From Octopus sinensis (Eukaryota), in contig NW_021835989.1 in NCBI RefSeq assembly GCF_006345805.1, positions 1 to 64,000 of the forward strand: DNA of 64,000 bases, in the 5' to 3' direction. Positions within the stretch are counted from its first letter, which is position 1; every line of letters begins with the position of its first letter. This document shows positions 26,691 to 40,590 of this stretch, in pieces. Under the pieces are notes generated by a model. The model had not been told where the DNA came from and did no database searches. It was given only the letters and a program-made list of their open reading frames with translations. A program made the position numbers and the translations under genes.

Positions 26691-26790
26691 CAAATAAACA
26701 GTAATTAGGTCGAGTAATTCAGGAATGATATTGTATTTACGGATTAAACACTAATTAATGAATATTCTCATTCTTTTTTAGGTATACAAC

Positions 26791-29445
26791 ATGGACAATC
26801 ACAACTCCAAGAGAAATAAAGATTCTAAATGTCACTCAAATTGTGATTCAGAAAAACCAAGTAAACCTAAAACCAATCGCTCTAATTCCAATTTTATCAG
26901 CCGAGATAAACCTGATTCTATGGACGAATCTCCTGTAGCTCCTAATGAAAATCAAAAAACACAAAAAAATTCGAAATTTAGTGTCACTGATCTTGTCAAT
27001 GAATCTGAACAAATTTTCCACAATTTTTCATTGTCAAAGATCATAAAATTATATCTTAAAGACAAAACTGTTCTTAATGATATTTCCTCCTATGTGACAA
27101 AGCTCGAACAAAGTCAAATTGATCACGTGCTTACCGAAATGAAGCCTTTGAAGTTGCCGCCTGATACTTCCTTCAAAGATTTAGAAAATAAAAAAGAATT
27201 TAACTCTCTCGAGTATTCTCCGAATGCATTTCCTCATATTGCTTATGCTCTGGAATGCCCTCTGGTAAACGGGGACCAGATTTATGAGTATCAAGTCGAA
27301 ACCAATGCCGTCTGGTTCATCAGAATTCTCGAAATAGAATATCCGCTGATCAAAGCTCAGTTTTTAGGGGACAAAAAAACTTTTTCCATCAAAATTGACT
27401 CATCGAAAATCAAACAACTTTACCACGGAGGAGAAAACGGCCTACTTTATCGATATCCTCCGTTCATGGATGGCAAAAACATGCAAGAAGAGATTGCACG
27501 AACTTTGACGAATTGTTATTCGTTTAAAGATGAATTCCTTATAAAAGTATTTCTCTCGCATTATTCTTAGAAAAATATATTCACATGGAGCTCTCAGGGT
27601 CTTGTGGGAAAATACATGGAGGTGAAGCACAGGAGAAGGCACTTGTCTATGGTTTGGTTCGCACAGATCATAAAAAACGTTGGAGGATATTTATTGCTGA
27701 GATGGATATGCCCGAATAAAAAATTCCGTGAATTTTGGATTTTTTGCACTTCGCATAGACTTTGCCCTGTTGGGTATGGTGCACAGAATAATATTGAATA
27801 TGGATTCCCCAAAATGGAAGGTATGTTGACTGAATACTTATTTTTGGAGGATTCAAAACGTTTGAGATATCTTTGGGGTTTATATTTGTGTGTTTTTTAT
27901 TTTTGAATACAGAAGTGCTTTCTGTGCCAGCATTTCTGTTTGAGGTAGCGGAAAACCTCTAACTTGGTTTAGATTCCCTTTGAAGTAACCGTTCATAAAC
28001 TGAAAGTTGGGATGGCAGTCGAGGCTTTGGATTTGAAGACCAGACAGATTCTCTTTCCAGCAAAAATTAGCGAAATAATCGACCACACGTGCATTAAAAT
28101 CGATTCAATCGAATCTGGTACAAAAATTGAATCTTTTTATTCACTTTCTGATGGAATCTTTCCCGTTGAGTTTTCTGTAGACCACAAACTGCCTCTTACG
28201 TTTTCTGATGGTTGTGCTTGGTGGTCTCATGTTAAAGGAACCAGAAAACTTTTTCAGTGGAGTAAATATACAGGGATTGGAAAGGGACTTGAAAGAGCTC
28301 CAAAATCGATTACAAGAACAGTAAATATTAATAAAAAACTATTTTTTTCAGTTCAAGAAAAAGCCTGGATTCGAACCCGGAATGAAGCTTCAAGTGATTA
28401 ATCCTACGAATAATCAAATTGTCTGCCCAGCAACAATCCTCAAAGTTGAAGGACATTTGATTTTTGTCAAAATAAACGAGGAATCGCCCTTGATGTATTC
28501 AGTCTATAGTCCTTAAGTTCTCCCCTTTGGGTGGGCTGAATCAAACGGTTATCCACTCAGTCAGCCACAATTGCCACCACTATGTGAACAAGATAGAAGT
28601 ATACTGTTGAAAGCCCTTTTATCAAATATGTTGGACGACCACATGGAAATTAGGAGAATTGATGACCTTTGGAGTCCTGAGATCTTCATTAATGCTCATT
28701 GGTACTCAGGGAAGTACCTTTATGTGTCAGAAATACTTCGAATTCCCAAAATAATTGGACCTGGGCCAATTTGTTTGGTCCTTAAGTCACTATATGAGTA
28801 TATTCTTAAATGTACATCAAATTTTAAACGTCTGAACGGAATTTTAAGTGTTTTCGGAGATTTAACCAGTTCAATACAGATATCCGTAAAAAAGTATTTT
28901 TGAATTTATGTACTTAATAAACAGTAAATTCGACAGTTTTCACAAGTTTGAGGTCTGTGATTCTGCGGGACAACTGAGTCATTTTCTACTCAAATTGTGT
29001 CTAAAGTTAAAAGTTTGTCCGAATTTAATATCCCTCGTCGATTTATCAGGAAAACCTTGTTTACTATGTAAATTTAAATAAATTAAATTAACAAGGCAAC
29101 CCCAAAATTACAAAATCCAAGAAACGTAAAAAAGATTTCTCAATTCCTGAGATCTGCTCCAAACCTAAGAGAAAAATCGAATGTAGTCAAACTCTGCCAC
29201 TTTCTGAGGAAAATAAAAATTCCCTACTAAAAGACCCACGGGACTGGACCTGTGAGAATTTGATAAAGTACATCGAGTCTACGAAATGCCGGAATGTGGC
29301 TCCTGTGCTGAGATACCAGAATTTTGACGGACAGTCGTTTCTCTTATTGAACAAGCGAACGTTGAAGGATTCCCTGTGTCTCAAAGACACAATTTCGGAC
29401 GCCCTTCTGAAGATCATCAACGAACTGAGAAACTCCTACCATTAA
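26791..29445 (+). pseudogene. SFMBT: SFMBT-like Polycomb protein (MBT repeats, SLED, SAM), copy A with premature TAA at 28514
   Basis: MBT motifs (LCPVGYG, LKVGMAVEALD, FEPGMKLQVINP..ICPATI, LPFGWAESNGYPL); SLED-like IFINAH.YSGKYL..IPKIIGPGPICLVL; SAM DPRDWTC..FDGQSFLLL. CAA in copy D is TAA here. Confidence 0.8.
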
Positions 29446-29928
29446 GACGATCATTTATTTATATTTTTATCGATTTTCTTTGTATTACAAAGATGCATAG
29501 ACTTGGTTATATATAAGAATTTGTCAAAATCATCAACATTCTCTTGACAGCTTTTTTTGAGGGACTGTTGGGAGTTATATTAAGAATGAGTAGGCGTCTA
29601 AAACACAGTGGTGGTTCTAGTGATATTTTTGTGAACAAGTAAGAGAGGACAAAACTATCTTTTTTTCATATAAAACAATTTTAAAAAAATCTGAACAGTC
29701 AGAGAATTAAATTTAGGAAATTGGGGCAGTAAGAAATGCTCCCATGAACTAATTTCAGGTATAAAAAAGTTTATAGACACTGAAAAGTGACTTATAAAAT
29801 GTGAATTAACTGATTTACCGAAACGGGTGAAGAATTTTCTCACTTGAATAGACCAATAAAGAAGCAATGGCGATCTAGTAGCTTGAATGAAAACAAAAAA
29901 ATACGAAAAAATGTAAAAAAATAGAAAC

Positions 29929-32900
29929 CTAAAGTCCCCTCAAGTCTGAAATATTAGAACTGGTGATAACCGAATATCCTCTAGCAAACAAAACAACACC
30001 ACAAACCTAAAATCCTTAGAAACACGATAAAAAGAGTCACAATGGCCAGTCCGACTCAACAACTCAACAAATTCCTCATCGTGTGTAATCACTATGAGCT
30101 GGAAATTCCTCTGCTGGTGTCTACTACTCAATATTCTGCCCAATATTATTGTTCAACTCAACTCATTCAACGCATAGGCCAGCCCCTCAATATTCGCACT
30201 GTCCAGGTTACTCGTCGGCTCGTCCAGTGCCAGAATCCCACAATTTATGCAGAATGCCTCAGCAAGAGCCAATCGGATTATAAGAGAAGACAACATCTGC
30301 CATAAATATACTCCCCTCGACCTTCTGTCCTGCACTACAACGCCCTCTCATATCAATCGCCATATCGCCCTTAAGCATGACCACTCTGTAGTTAAATTGG
30401 CGACGTTTTATCTCCAAAGGGGACTTTGAGTCCGTCTCGACTTGATATCTCAGTTCAATGCTCTCAATATCTCCAATTACTGACTACTCCCTACCATTGC
30501 CCTTATAGATCGACCTCCACAACTCTCGGATTATCTTATTCAGTTCTTCCATCTTCTCTTGGTGATATATCCCCACACATTGATCCAACACTCGATAAAA
30601 GTCGTCCAAGTCCTGACATACATTCTCACAAATTCTGAGACTTGCCAACGTCCTTCTATACTCCAATTCGGCATCACTATAGTCCTTCTCGAGGGTTGTC
30701 CTCATTCGGTCCACATCCTCTCTGAGTGACTCCAATCTTGTCCCCAATTTTATTCTCTGCCATTTCAATTTCCACAATTACTTCGCCTGATAGGATCTGC
30801 AGTTGAGTCCAATTTTTTGATATTTCGGACTCCAAAATGTCTCCGTTTTCATCCGAGAATGTCCCCAACTTGTCCTTCCATTGTTCTAACTCATTTTGAG
30901 TCTCTTTTAGACGGATATTTTCAGTTAAAGTATGTCGGATTGTCTTTTATGTAAATATGTATATATTACGTCGTAATTGGACAGCTCGTAATTTAATTTG
31001 TCAATTTTTGTGGAAATGATGGCCCTTTCTTCCGTATTACGTAATAAATTGAGGTTAATTTGGTCAATCTCTCTGCAAATGGACTCCAGTTTTGGCTTTG
31101 AGTCAGTCTCATACCTTCAAATGACACAAAATGTAATCACTTTGATATTTTTTTGTCCATATCTACAATTATTTCCAGATTTGACTTTATAGACTGAACT
31201 GAATTTAAAAGTGACTCTGTTTTATGACGTCTCTGAGTCAACGATTTGTCTCTCTCCGTAGCTGCCGATTCCACCTGGCTCTGAAACCCTATTTTATGCC
31301 CGAGTACCTCCAATTGAAGTAACTCGGCTTTTAAATTTACACAAATCAATTTGTTTTTATCCATTTCTGAGTTTAAAGTATTTTGTTCAGATTTTAGTCG
31401 GTCAATGATTGACACTCCTTCCACGACACGTAATTTCTCATTTTCAAGTTGAGCGATATTTAGTTCAAGTTGTGATGACATTTTATTTGCTGATTGTATT
31501 AGATTATAATCCTCTTCTATTTTCTTTCTCAATTCACATCTAAACAAGTATAAAATCATAATAACACAATTTTTCTTCCACTATAGATTTGTTTGTGGAG
31601 TCCTCATCGGTTTCTTGTGAGTCTTTTAGTTCTTCCTGAAGACTCTCAATCTCAAATGACAGAGAATCAGTCTCCAGTCTCAATTGATGTAATAATGTAA
31701 TATCCTTTAGCAATATCTTTCCCATTCCTTCTCTTTTCTTTAAGGACATTTCCATGGAATCAATCTCCTCTATTTTTAACTTATAATCAGCCAATTCTCC
31801 ATTATTAGTGGCTAAATCTTGCCTTAGTTTTGTGACTTGTCCACCCAATTCATTCATCTAAATTACTCATTATTCCCTTACTAGATCTCTACGTGGAATT
31901 AGCTGTTGTAGGTGGTTATAGGCTATTCGTAATTCATTCACTTTCTCAGTCTTTTTGCTGATTTGTCTGGGTATTGCTTTAATTCGAGTATCAAGCTATT
32001 ATGTTATAATATTATTTATACTGCATCAACAATATCCGCCCGTTCTGTCTCGGAGGCAAAAGGTCTGTGGCAGAGAGGACACCTCCCGTCGCCAGATTTC
32101 AGAGAGCAAATATACTTCTCAAAATGATCTTTACTTCCTGCTATAAGTCCGAGATCTCTATAGGATTGTTATTAATACTCCACCCTTCCAATGTCCTGAG
32201 TTGTTTACTGAGGGTATCTTCATATTCTTGCATATCTACTGACCCACACATATCGAATATATCTTCTTGTACTCCTATATGTTGGGCTTATAAGGCAATA
32301 CTGTTTATTTCTTCTCTTTTTAATTTAATTTGAGTTCTATTAATTTGATTATAATAATAAATTACGAAATAAAAGTTATATTCGCTTCTAAAGAGGAGAT
32401 TTTTGATTTTATGTCACCTCTGAGTGCTGCATTGGCAGAAAGTGAAACACTTAATTCTCTAACAAAATATTCCCGCGTAAATTACTCTAGAACATTCTGT
32501 AGGTTAACCAGTGCAGAAATTCTTTCTAGTGGTATTCCAGTAACGTGTTTATACATTTCCTCATACTTGTCAAATCTAAATAAAAAATAATTTATACATG
32601 TTCATAATAATCTCACATTTATCAGCCTGTTGCTTCATTAGTATAGAGAGCTGAGTTCTGCTGGCTGAGTGACGGTTATTTTGCTTGACTTTGGCTGTTA
32701 TTTTGATATAGTCTTGCTCATATCTCGATTTTTCCTCGTTCAGATATGATAGACGAGATTCAGCCAGTTCTACATCATTCCTCGACTGGACAGACCTCAA
32801 TTCCTCTTGCTTTAATATAAAAATATATAAATCTACCAATAAAGTCAATTGGATGTCAATATTTGTCAATTTCTCCCCACTTCGGTCTAATTCAGCCAAT

Positions 32901-34548
32901 TCTAATATTATACTGTCCAATTTAAGTTGTTGTTCCCCCTAAATATAAAAACATGTCCAAACAAGCAGCTGTCTAGTAAAATGTAGTCTATGTGAACATG
33001 CAGAGTGTTTATTCCTCAAACTATCCACTTCATCCCTCGACTCACTCTCATATACACTTGTTCTATTCTTCTGATCCTCCAATTCACTTTCCACTGACTT
33101 TAATTTGGTGTATAATTCATTAATACATTCTTTGGAATTATTTAATAAATTCAGTTTATTAAATAACTCATTTTGTTGTGTTATCATGTCTTTGATTACC
33201 TAACAGTCATTACACCACAATAACCCTCGATTCATGGACAATACACCCCTTATCCACCATAAGGGATGATAATAAAATATTTAATTTGCTATTTTCTGTT
33301 GTTAAATCCTCATCTCTCACTCTAAGTTGAGAAATATTGAGTTCTCTTGTCTTCATATTGGACACATGATCGCCAATCTGGCAGTAATGTCCTTAATTGG
33401 GTCTGATTTTTATATTTTTTAATTAATTAATTACCAGAAATAATCTCTTTGAGTGAATTAATAATAAATTTGCAATTATCTTCCAATCTTTGCACAGTGG
33501 TGCGACATTGTTCTAAAATATGGACAGAATAGAAAACCCTTCTCCAAATGACGGGCTTTTAAATGGACTAATTTAGCCTTTAAGCCAGCCAGCCGTTGCT
33601 ATTAGGATTTTTATCGAGAAATAAACTTCTGACTCGTTGACTTGAAGTTCAACTTGATCAAGTCGGTCGTTCTTTGTCACAATCTCATCTTCCTTCTCAG
33701 AAATGTCTATTCTCAGCTAAAATGAACCAAAATTAGCACAGTTTGAGCTTGTTGTCGTTTTTGTGTCACATAAGACATTATTCCACGAAGACCTTTAGCC
33801 TCTGCTAACTTTATTAAATTAATAAAATTTAAAAAACTTGTTCTTTTCGTAGCTTTGATATACAATCGAGGGCTTTGGAGTATTTAGCAGAAGCAAAAAT
33901 GGCATCAAATCTATCTTTGAGCACTTTTCCTTCACTCAAAGGCCTAGTTTAGCTATAAATAGGAATAAAACCAAGTCGTGTCCTCTTGATGACAGAATAT
34001 AACATTCTCCAGGATAGATTTAGACACACCCAGCAGTTCAGCAATCTATATAAGGCTTATAAATCTCCAACCTCCAGATTTAAGTCCCCACATCTTCTTG
34101 TGACATTACTTTTTGATCCGTCTGTCTCTTCTCTGGAGATTACACCGTCTAATGTCCTGCAGAGCTATTTATTTGGATTATTTATTTACTTTTCCTGTGC
34201 TTTGAAGGGATCTTTGGACTATGCAAGATTGGTTGGTCACTGAGGATATGGAGAGGCCAATTTGTGCCTTTAATTCTTTCTCGTTACATAGCTTTGAGGT
34301 TTTTAGAAGATAATACTGAGGGTTCGTGGACAAAAGCACCTCCTTTACTTCCAGGTGGCATATCTCCTGTCACCATGTACCGTAGACACTCGATTATAGT
34401 CTGGGAGTGGTTTAGAGGTTAATACTGTTTTCCCTGATCCATTTGGACCGACAATTAGAGTTAGGGGTGTGTGGAACTCGATTGATTGGTATGTTTCTGG
34501 GCTAAAGCTTCGAATCCCCAATATTTTCATTTTTAAAATCATTGACAT
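29929..34548 (-). pseudogene. RAD50: RAD50 copy B with an apparent 1-nt exonic deletion at ~33371
   Basis: Near-identical to copy A, but gatcagcc becomes gatcgcc, which shifts the frame to a TGA six codons later. Could be a consensus error. Confidence 0.7.
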
Positions 34549-35021
34549 TTTTGTAACCACAAGATATAGTTTTTTTCGCTCCCAAATTAATACTATTAAT
34601 TAATAATATTAATTTATAACCTCAAATATATAAAATAAATAAATAAATTGTCATTGTCTCAAATATATATTTTAATTACTCTATTAAACATTTTTAGTGC
34701 TCCTGCAAATAATTAAATATGAATATCGCGTTGCTAAGAAGGAATTGATTTGTCTGCTTTAATTCATTCTTTATGCTCCTCAGCACGCCTACTGAGTGAA
34801 TCATTTTTGATCATAATCAGTAATAAATATTTTAAATTTTGATAAATCTATGTTTAATTACACATTGAAATGATTGCAATAAATTCAATAATCGCACCAA
34901 AACTCTAATTAATCAATTTTCCCGCCATTAATTTGAATTAAAGCGTTAAATTATCGTTATTTATGTGGTGTGTTATCTCAAAAAACAAAGGCCGATTTTT
35001 AATCAAAATTTAAGCCTAAAA

Positions 35022-36288
35022 ATGTCCAATTCGAGTAATGTAGCTAAAGTAATTTTAACTGGCCGAGACATTGCCTCTCTGGGGATATCAGTGATAGGAA
35101 ATCATCATAAAAAGTATTTTTTATCATTTAAAAATAGCAATTTTGTTGGATTTAAAGTCATTAATCTCTCAAAGAACAAGACTAGTCGACAAAAAATAAA
35201 ACCTGGGGATTTGATAATTAAAATTAACGGGACTGACTTGGTTGACAAACCTCCTTCCTGGTAAATCCCTAAAAATTACTGATTAGTGCCTATAAAGTCT
35301 TTGTCGAAGAAATGGAGAACAGTCCCGTCACCTTAGTCATCCTCAGAGACAATAAAAATACAAATAAACACTCAAAATCCTCTTTTAATTCCATAAAATG
35401 GCATCTTGTTACAATTTCCCTTAAAAAACGTGTTTTATTGATACTAAAAATTATTTAGAGCTTTCAGGGTTTGGGTTTTTGCCTGCTTCGTGTCCTCAAC
35501 TGGAGATTGGTGGTCCATATTTCAGCACTTTTGTGAAGGGGATCACCAGTCAGGAATGTACTGACTCAGGTTTGACCATCGGAGACCGTTTTGTTACTGT
35601 AAATTGTTTTTTATACTATTTTTAGATAAATAAATGCAATGTAAGGGCAATGGAAAAGATTAATGTCTCCAATTTGCTTAAAAACCTTCCCGTTGATGTT
35701 AAAATTGACTTTACCGTAGCACGGATTAGTCCGCCTGACCAAGTCTGCTATATTTGGACATAAAATAGACTTTTGTGGAGGAAAGATCACTGTTAGTTGC
35801 ATTCGGGGAGACCCAATCTGCCGGATTAGGCATTTCTTTAAAGACATTGAACGACAGATCTTCAGGAATATATATTGAGTCAATTTTGAGACAGGGAGCA
35901 CTATGGAAGGTTTGGTAGAAGTGAAATATCTGATAAGGATGGACGGGCTTTAGAAGGGGACCGAATATTGGCTGTGAACGACACTTCTATCGAGGATTGT
36001 TTGACTGTTCATTCTGCTTTGAAAAGCTTGATTGAGGCGGTGGAGAGAAAGTCGGAATATGGGGACTTTTTCTTATTGGTTATTGAAAGAGGGGAGAACA
36101 TAAGGCCGAGTATTTAAGGATATTTAATGTTAGAGTATGTTGAGAGGCACAGTTTGACAAGCGTAGTTGGTCGGGAATCTACAGAGAAGATAAACGGTGG
36201 GATGAAGGCTAGTCATACTGAGCAGTCGATTAAGTCTTTGAGACAGTTTTTGAAGCTTCAGGAAGGATGGGTACGAGAAGGGGTTTAA
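35022..36288 (+). CDS. PARD3: Three-PDZ Par-3-like protein, copy B
   Basis: Same exon/intron structure as 16168-17435 with scattered substitutions. Confidence 0.6.
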
Positions 36289-36424
36289 GAATCGTCGATT
36301 ATATATTTTTCGCAGAACAATATTTTTAAAATGATTATTTTAATTAGTGGCTATGTTCTATTTAATCCAAGTGGATATGAATTAATGTGTTGAAATAAGA
36401 GTGGATACTTTTGTCAAAATAATA

Positions 36425-37513
36425 TGTCGCACCCCACGCTGGCGACCATACCACGCCGGCGACCAGTGTGACCTACATAGTTGACAGCGTGACCTACATG
36501 GTTTGACATTCAATTAAAAACGAAAATAATTTATTATAAAAAGGGTTTAGCGTCATTTTAATTAGAAAAATGGTATCTTCCAAAAGATGTTGTATTAGTA
36601 TAGTCTCAATCCTTAGGTTACGTGAAAAATGACAGTGAATACCAAAATATTATAAATGCACTACTCCAAATACCCAATTTATGATAATTGATGATCGGTA
36701 TATTGATATTCCTAATTCATAGTCTCTAATTAAAAGACAATAATAATCAAAAACACAAATTGGTTATCTGTTTGGAGAATGAAATGGAGATGAAGACACT
36801 GGCATTTGCTATTCACCAAGAATGCCACTGGGGAATACTAAAGCTTCATAAGAATTGCTGTGAATTTTATTTTATTGTGAAACGCCCTATTATCGGACAA
36901 ATTATAAAAGACTGCGAAATTTGTAAATTTGCTGCGCCGTTAAAAGTATTTTTCATTAAATTTAACACTGTGATTCATGAAATACTAGGTTATAATCTTA
37001 TTTATAGTTTAGATGAAAATATTGAGGCATCGTTTGTCCAAGATGAACTTAATGGTAAATTTACGATGTATTTATTTTTAGAAACGAATAATAAAATTTT
37101 TAATTTCACTCCTCCAGACATGAATTCATCTTATTTTAAAAGAATGAATAAAAAGATGGGAGTACACAGGTCAAAATATGATTTTGAAATAGGGAATGAG
37201 GTATAATTGAATAATAACAGTTTAGGTTCGAATCTTAAAAGATTGTGGGACAAATCCGTTATTGAATCCCCATATGAAGAAAAGGGAAAAGTAAAAAATA
37301 TAATGTCTAATAACAGATTAATTGTTAGTTGTCTTTCCTAACATTCAGATCGAATTACGAAATGAAACCAAGATAGTTACTATGAATAGAGTTAAAAAAT
37401 GTTAAGGTTTTTGAATATTTAGCAATTATCTTGAGTCAGTACTTAGTGTCAAACTATGTGGGTCACCCTGTCAACTATGTAGGTCACCTTGGTCGCCAGC
37501 GTAGTTCGCGACA
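36425..37513 (+). mobile_element. Ginger2/TDD-like element, copy B
   Basis: Same TIRs and TAATA TSD. ORF 36760-37206 retains IHQECHWG...CEIC in frame. Confidence 0.85.
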
Positions 37514-38879
37514 TAATAGAACATAAAAAACCTCTGGAAATAATTTATAACAAATTTGGCACTGAAGAAGACTTTAGAGAATATACAGAAAAAGGATGAA
37601 CGAACTCAGGCTGTGGGATGTAAATTCCGGAAACCTTAACATAATGCTTAATTGTTTTTATTTCATAAAAATTTATTTTAAATTTCGGACTAGAAACAAT
37701 CTCTATAGTCACACTAATTATTGATGGCCACCTATCAAAAATGGATTAATAACGATATATTTTTGAGTGAATTGATACTCAATTTGACATTACTCATTTA
37801 TTTATTGAACCAGAAAACCACCGTCATAGCCAAAAGAAAAAAGAATTCAGGTGATCCCAGCCTCCCTCAGCAGTTCGCGCAGCCTCTCCCGATGTTCCGC
37901 CGTTGTCCCGACGCATTTTCGGTACGGACGGGGATTTTCAGGATTGATACTCAATAAAATGTGACTATTAAAAATGAATAATGATTACAAACATTTATTC
38001 AAATTTTAAAGCTATTTTTGATGGTTTTTGGGATTTAGACATAAACAAAATAACACGAGGGATATCCGCTGAAAAAGTCAGCTCGTTTTGCGACTGTCGC
38101 GACTCCTCAATATGATTAAACCAATCTCTGAAATTAGAAAATCACTTCTATTTACAAAAAACTACAAATTTATATTAATATTTTTTAAATGAACTTTAAA
38201 GAAATCAAACGCCAACGTTACTTTTTATCATACATAACTCTAACGTTTCCCAAACTTTAATTTTAAAAACCAATCAGATTTAAAATTTGCATTGATAACA
38301 AAAAATGTAAATCAAATGTCAATTAAGCTTTTTCAGCCTCGAAATATGTACGAAAAAATGCTCGGATAACGTCCAAATTGATCACGTGACCCAATTGTTG
38401 AAGAAATCTATCTTTTACTGGATTGATTGAATCTGTTTTTTTAAAAAATAAAATTCAAACCTTTAAACTTGACCCTGAATCGAGGGAGCCGAAAACATGT
38501 TTTATCGAATAATTCATGCATGGCGGTATAATTAAATTCCTTTCCATTGTTCCTTAGTGGAATTGACACTTAATGGAATAGATTTATCTCGAAAAAATAT
38601 GAATCGAATGTAATATCCAAAAATCGTGGTCCATTGAATAGACAGTGACGTTAAGTATTAAAAAATTCATTTTATTTGGGCCCGTCAGCGACTGCTCCGC
38701 CAAAAACGGCCTGCCGCCCTGTGCGATCTTGTGTGGGCTCGTGGAAAGGCCACCGAGCGAGGATGAGGTCCCTGGTTGAGTGTATCGGGATCACGTGACA
38801 TTTGTTCGGTTTTTAGCGTGGTCTTGGTGTTTTAATAAATAAATAAATAAAATAAATAAAAATATAATATTCAAATAAA

Positions 38880-39366
38880 ATGTCCGAGTACCCAGGGTAT
38901 GTTGTTGTTACAATATTAAAAGTAACCAAGAAAAATCAAAATTCTACGAAATGATAGATCAGCTGATTAAAGAAGAGGGAATAGAACGTTATGAAGACTC
39001 AATTCCCAACTGTCTTCTCGAATTCGCTTATTGTTTGCCTCCCCACTTAATTCATAGCCTACACCTGTAATATTCTCGAAGAGGCTCGTGCTGTGTCCCA
39101 CTATGCTGGGAAGAAGTGCATTGATGTGGAAGATGTACGATTGGGGATCACTCTGAAGAAGGAGGCTGCAGGGAAGGATGTCCCCAGTCGGGAGGTCAGG
39201 ACTATGTTCTACTAAAACATAGTCACTGGATGAATTGGCTCGCCGAGTCAATTCTGTCCCCTTACCTCCAATCAGGAGTAATTCGACTCTTCCTCCTGAC
39301 AAACTGTGCGTTGTGGCTGTCAATTATAAATTGACTGGCGATTCCAATAATCAGACTTTTTTGTAG
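38880..39366 (+). CDS. TAF9: TAF9 copy B
   Basis: Appears identical to copy A. Confidence 0.9.
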
Positions 39367-39490
39367 ATCTTTATTATTAAAAAATATTATTTGTTTTATA
39401 AATATCTCACCATATTTTTCAAAATTGGATTTTTTCTTTAAAAATGATGTTTTGGACTACACAACTAAGACATAATAAAAGCCAATTAAA

Positions 39491-40590
39491 TTAAATGATG
39501 GTTTTGACTCTCTTGGCCTCTGAATTCCAATAACTGGCTCGAATACGGTCATTCAAAGCCAATTTCGTGTATAACTACAAAATAACACGTCCATTCGTCA
39601 CCTCCACTGCCTCATCCACATTTTTCTGAGGGTCAATCCCTGCAATAGCCAATTCCTCAGCACAGTCAGCCAGACATGACCACAAATAAAAGCACGTCCC
39701 GATATCTAGTCCTCTAAGGGTCTCAACTAGTCTTAAATTGTGAGAATATCCTCCAATCAGTTTTACAATTCTAAAAACATAAATCAAATAAATAACCCGG
39801 TTAAATAATTCCACGGACTTTCATTGTCAGGAATAATCCCAATATATTTTAGACAAAAACTAAAAGTATTACAAAATAATAATTCAACTCAATTTCTGAC
39901 TCAGTTTTGGCGGGAAATTGAATAGTTTTGGCGGGAAAAAATAGTTGAAATCTGTGATTCCAAGCGGAATTATTATGTGGGTCAGATTCGATCAATTTGT
40001 TGGTGAATTGGACTTCTTTGATGTTATCCGCGGACATTAAATCATTTCGTTTAAGCAGCCACAAACTATCAATTCATAAAAACACAAAACCGGTATTGCC
40101 ATGCATGTAGATTTCTCGAATCTTTTAAAAATACAATTTCGCAAAATTCAAGTTCCCGCCAAAATATTGAATCGTCCTGTTGGACAAGCCATTGCCTGTG
40201 GTACCAGCTTTGGTAGTTTTTGGTATTTCCTGGGAGCATAACAGAAGTTACAAAATCTCTTTCTACAAGCAGATCTGATTTTAGTGCAATTAATACTCTT
40301 CTACGATAATTCCTGTGGATTTTATAATCTGGTTGTACCAAGCTGTGTAATTGGCGATATTCAGGCAGAGGAGATCCCCTGTGAGTTCTAAGGCTCTCGA
40401 GCTCATTTCGCCCTTGAGTGAGATGGCTCGGAAATAGCCCATTAGATCACGAACTGGGGTACATTTAGGTAATAAAACATTCAGGAGTGAAGTCTATTTG
40501 AAGAAAGTCAGTGTCTTTGGGTAGTGGGATGGGTTCTATGTCATCCCACTCGGGTCTTTTATTGTAAAAAATGTATTCGTCGTTGGTCAT
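39491..40590 (-). CDS. FNTA: FNTA copy B
   Basis: Appears identical to copy A. Confidence 0.88.

Larger units (their letters stand above)
11053..29872. repeat. Segmental duplication unit A (~18.8 kb: RAD50, Par3-like, Ginger, TAF9, FNTA, SFMBT)
   Basis: The sequence starting at 11053 (atctagtagc) restarts at 29873. Sub-blocks recur at about 41483-52292 and 55975-60010. Confidence 0.95.
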
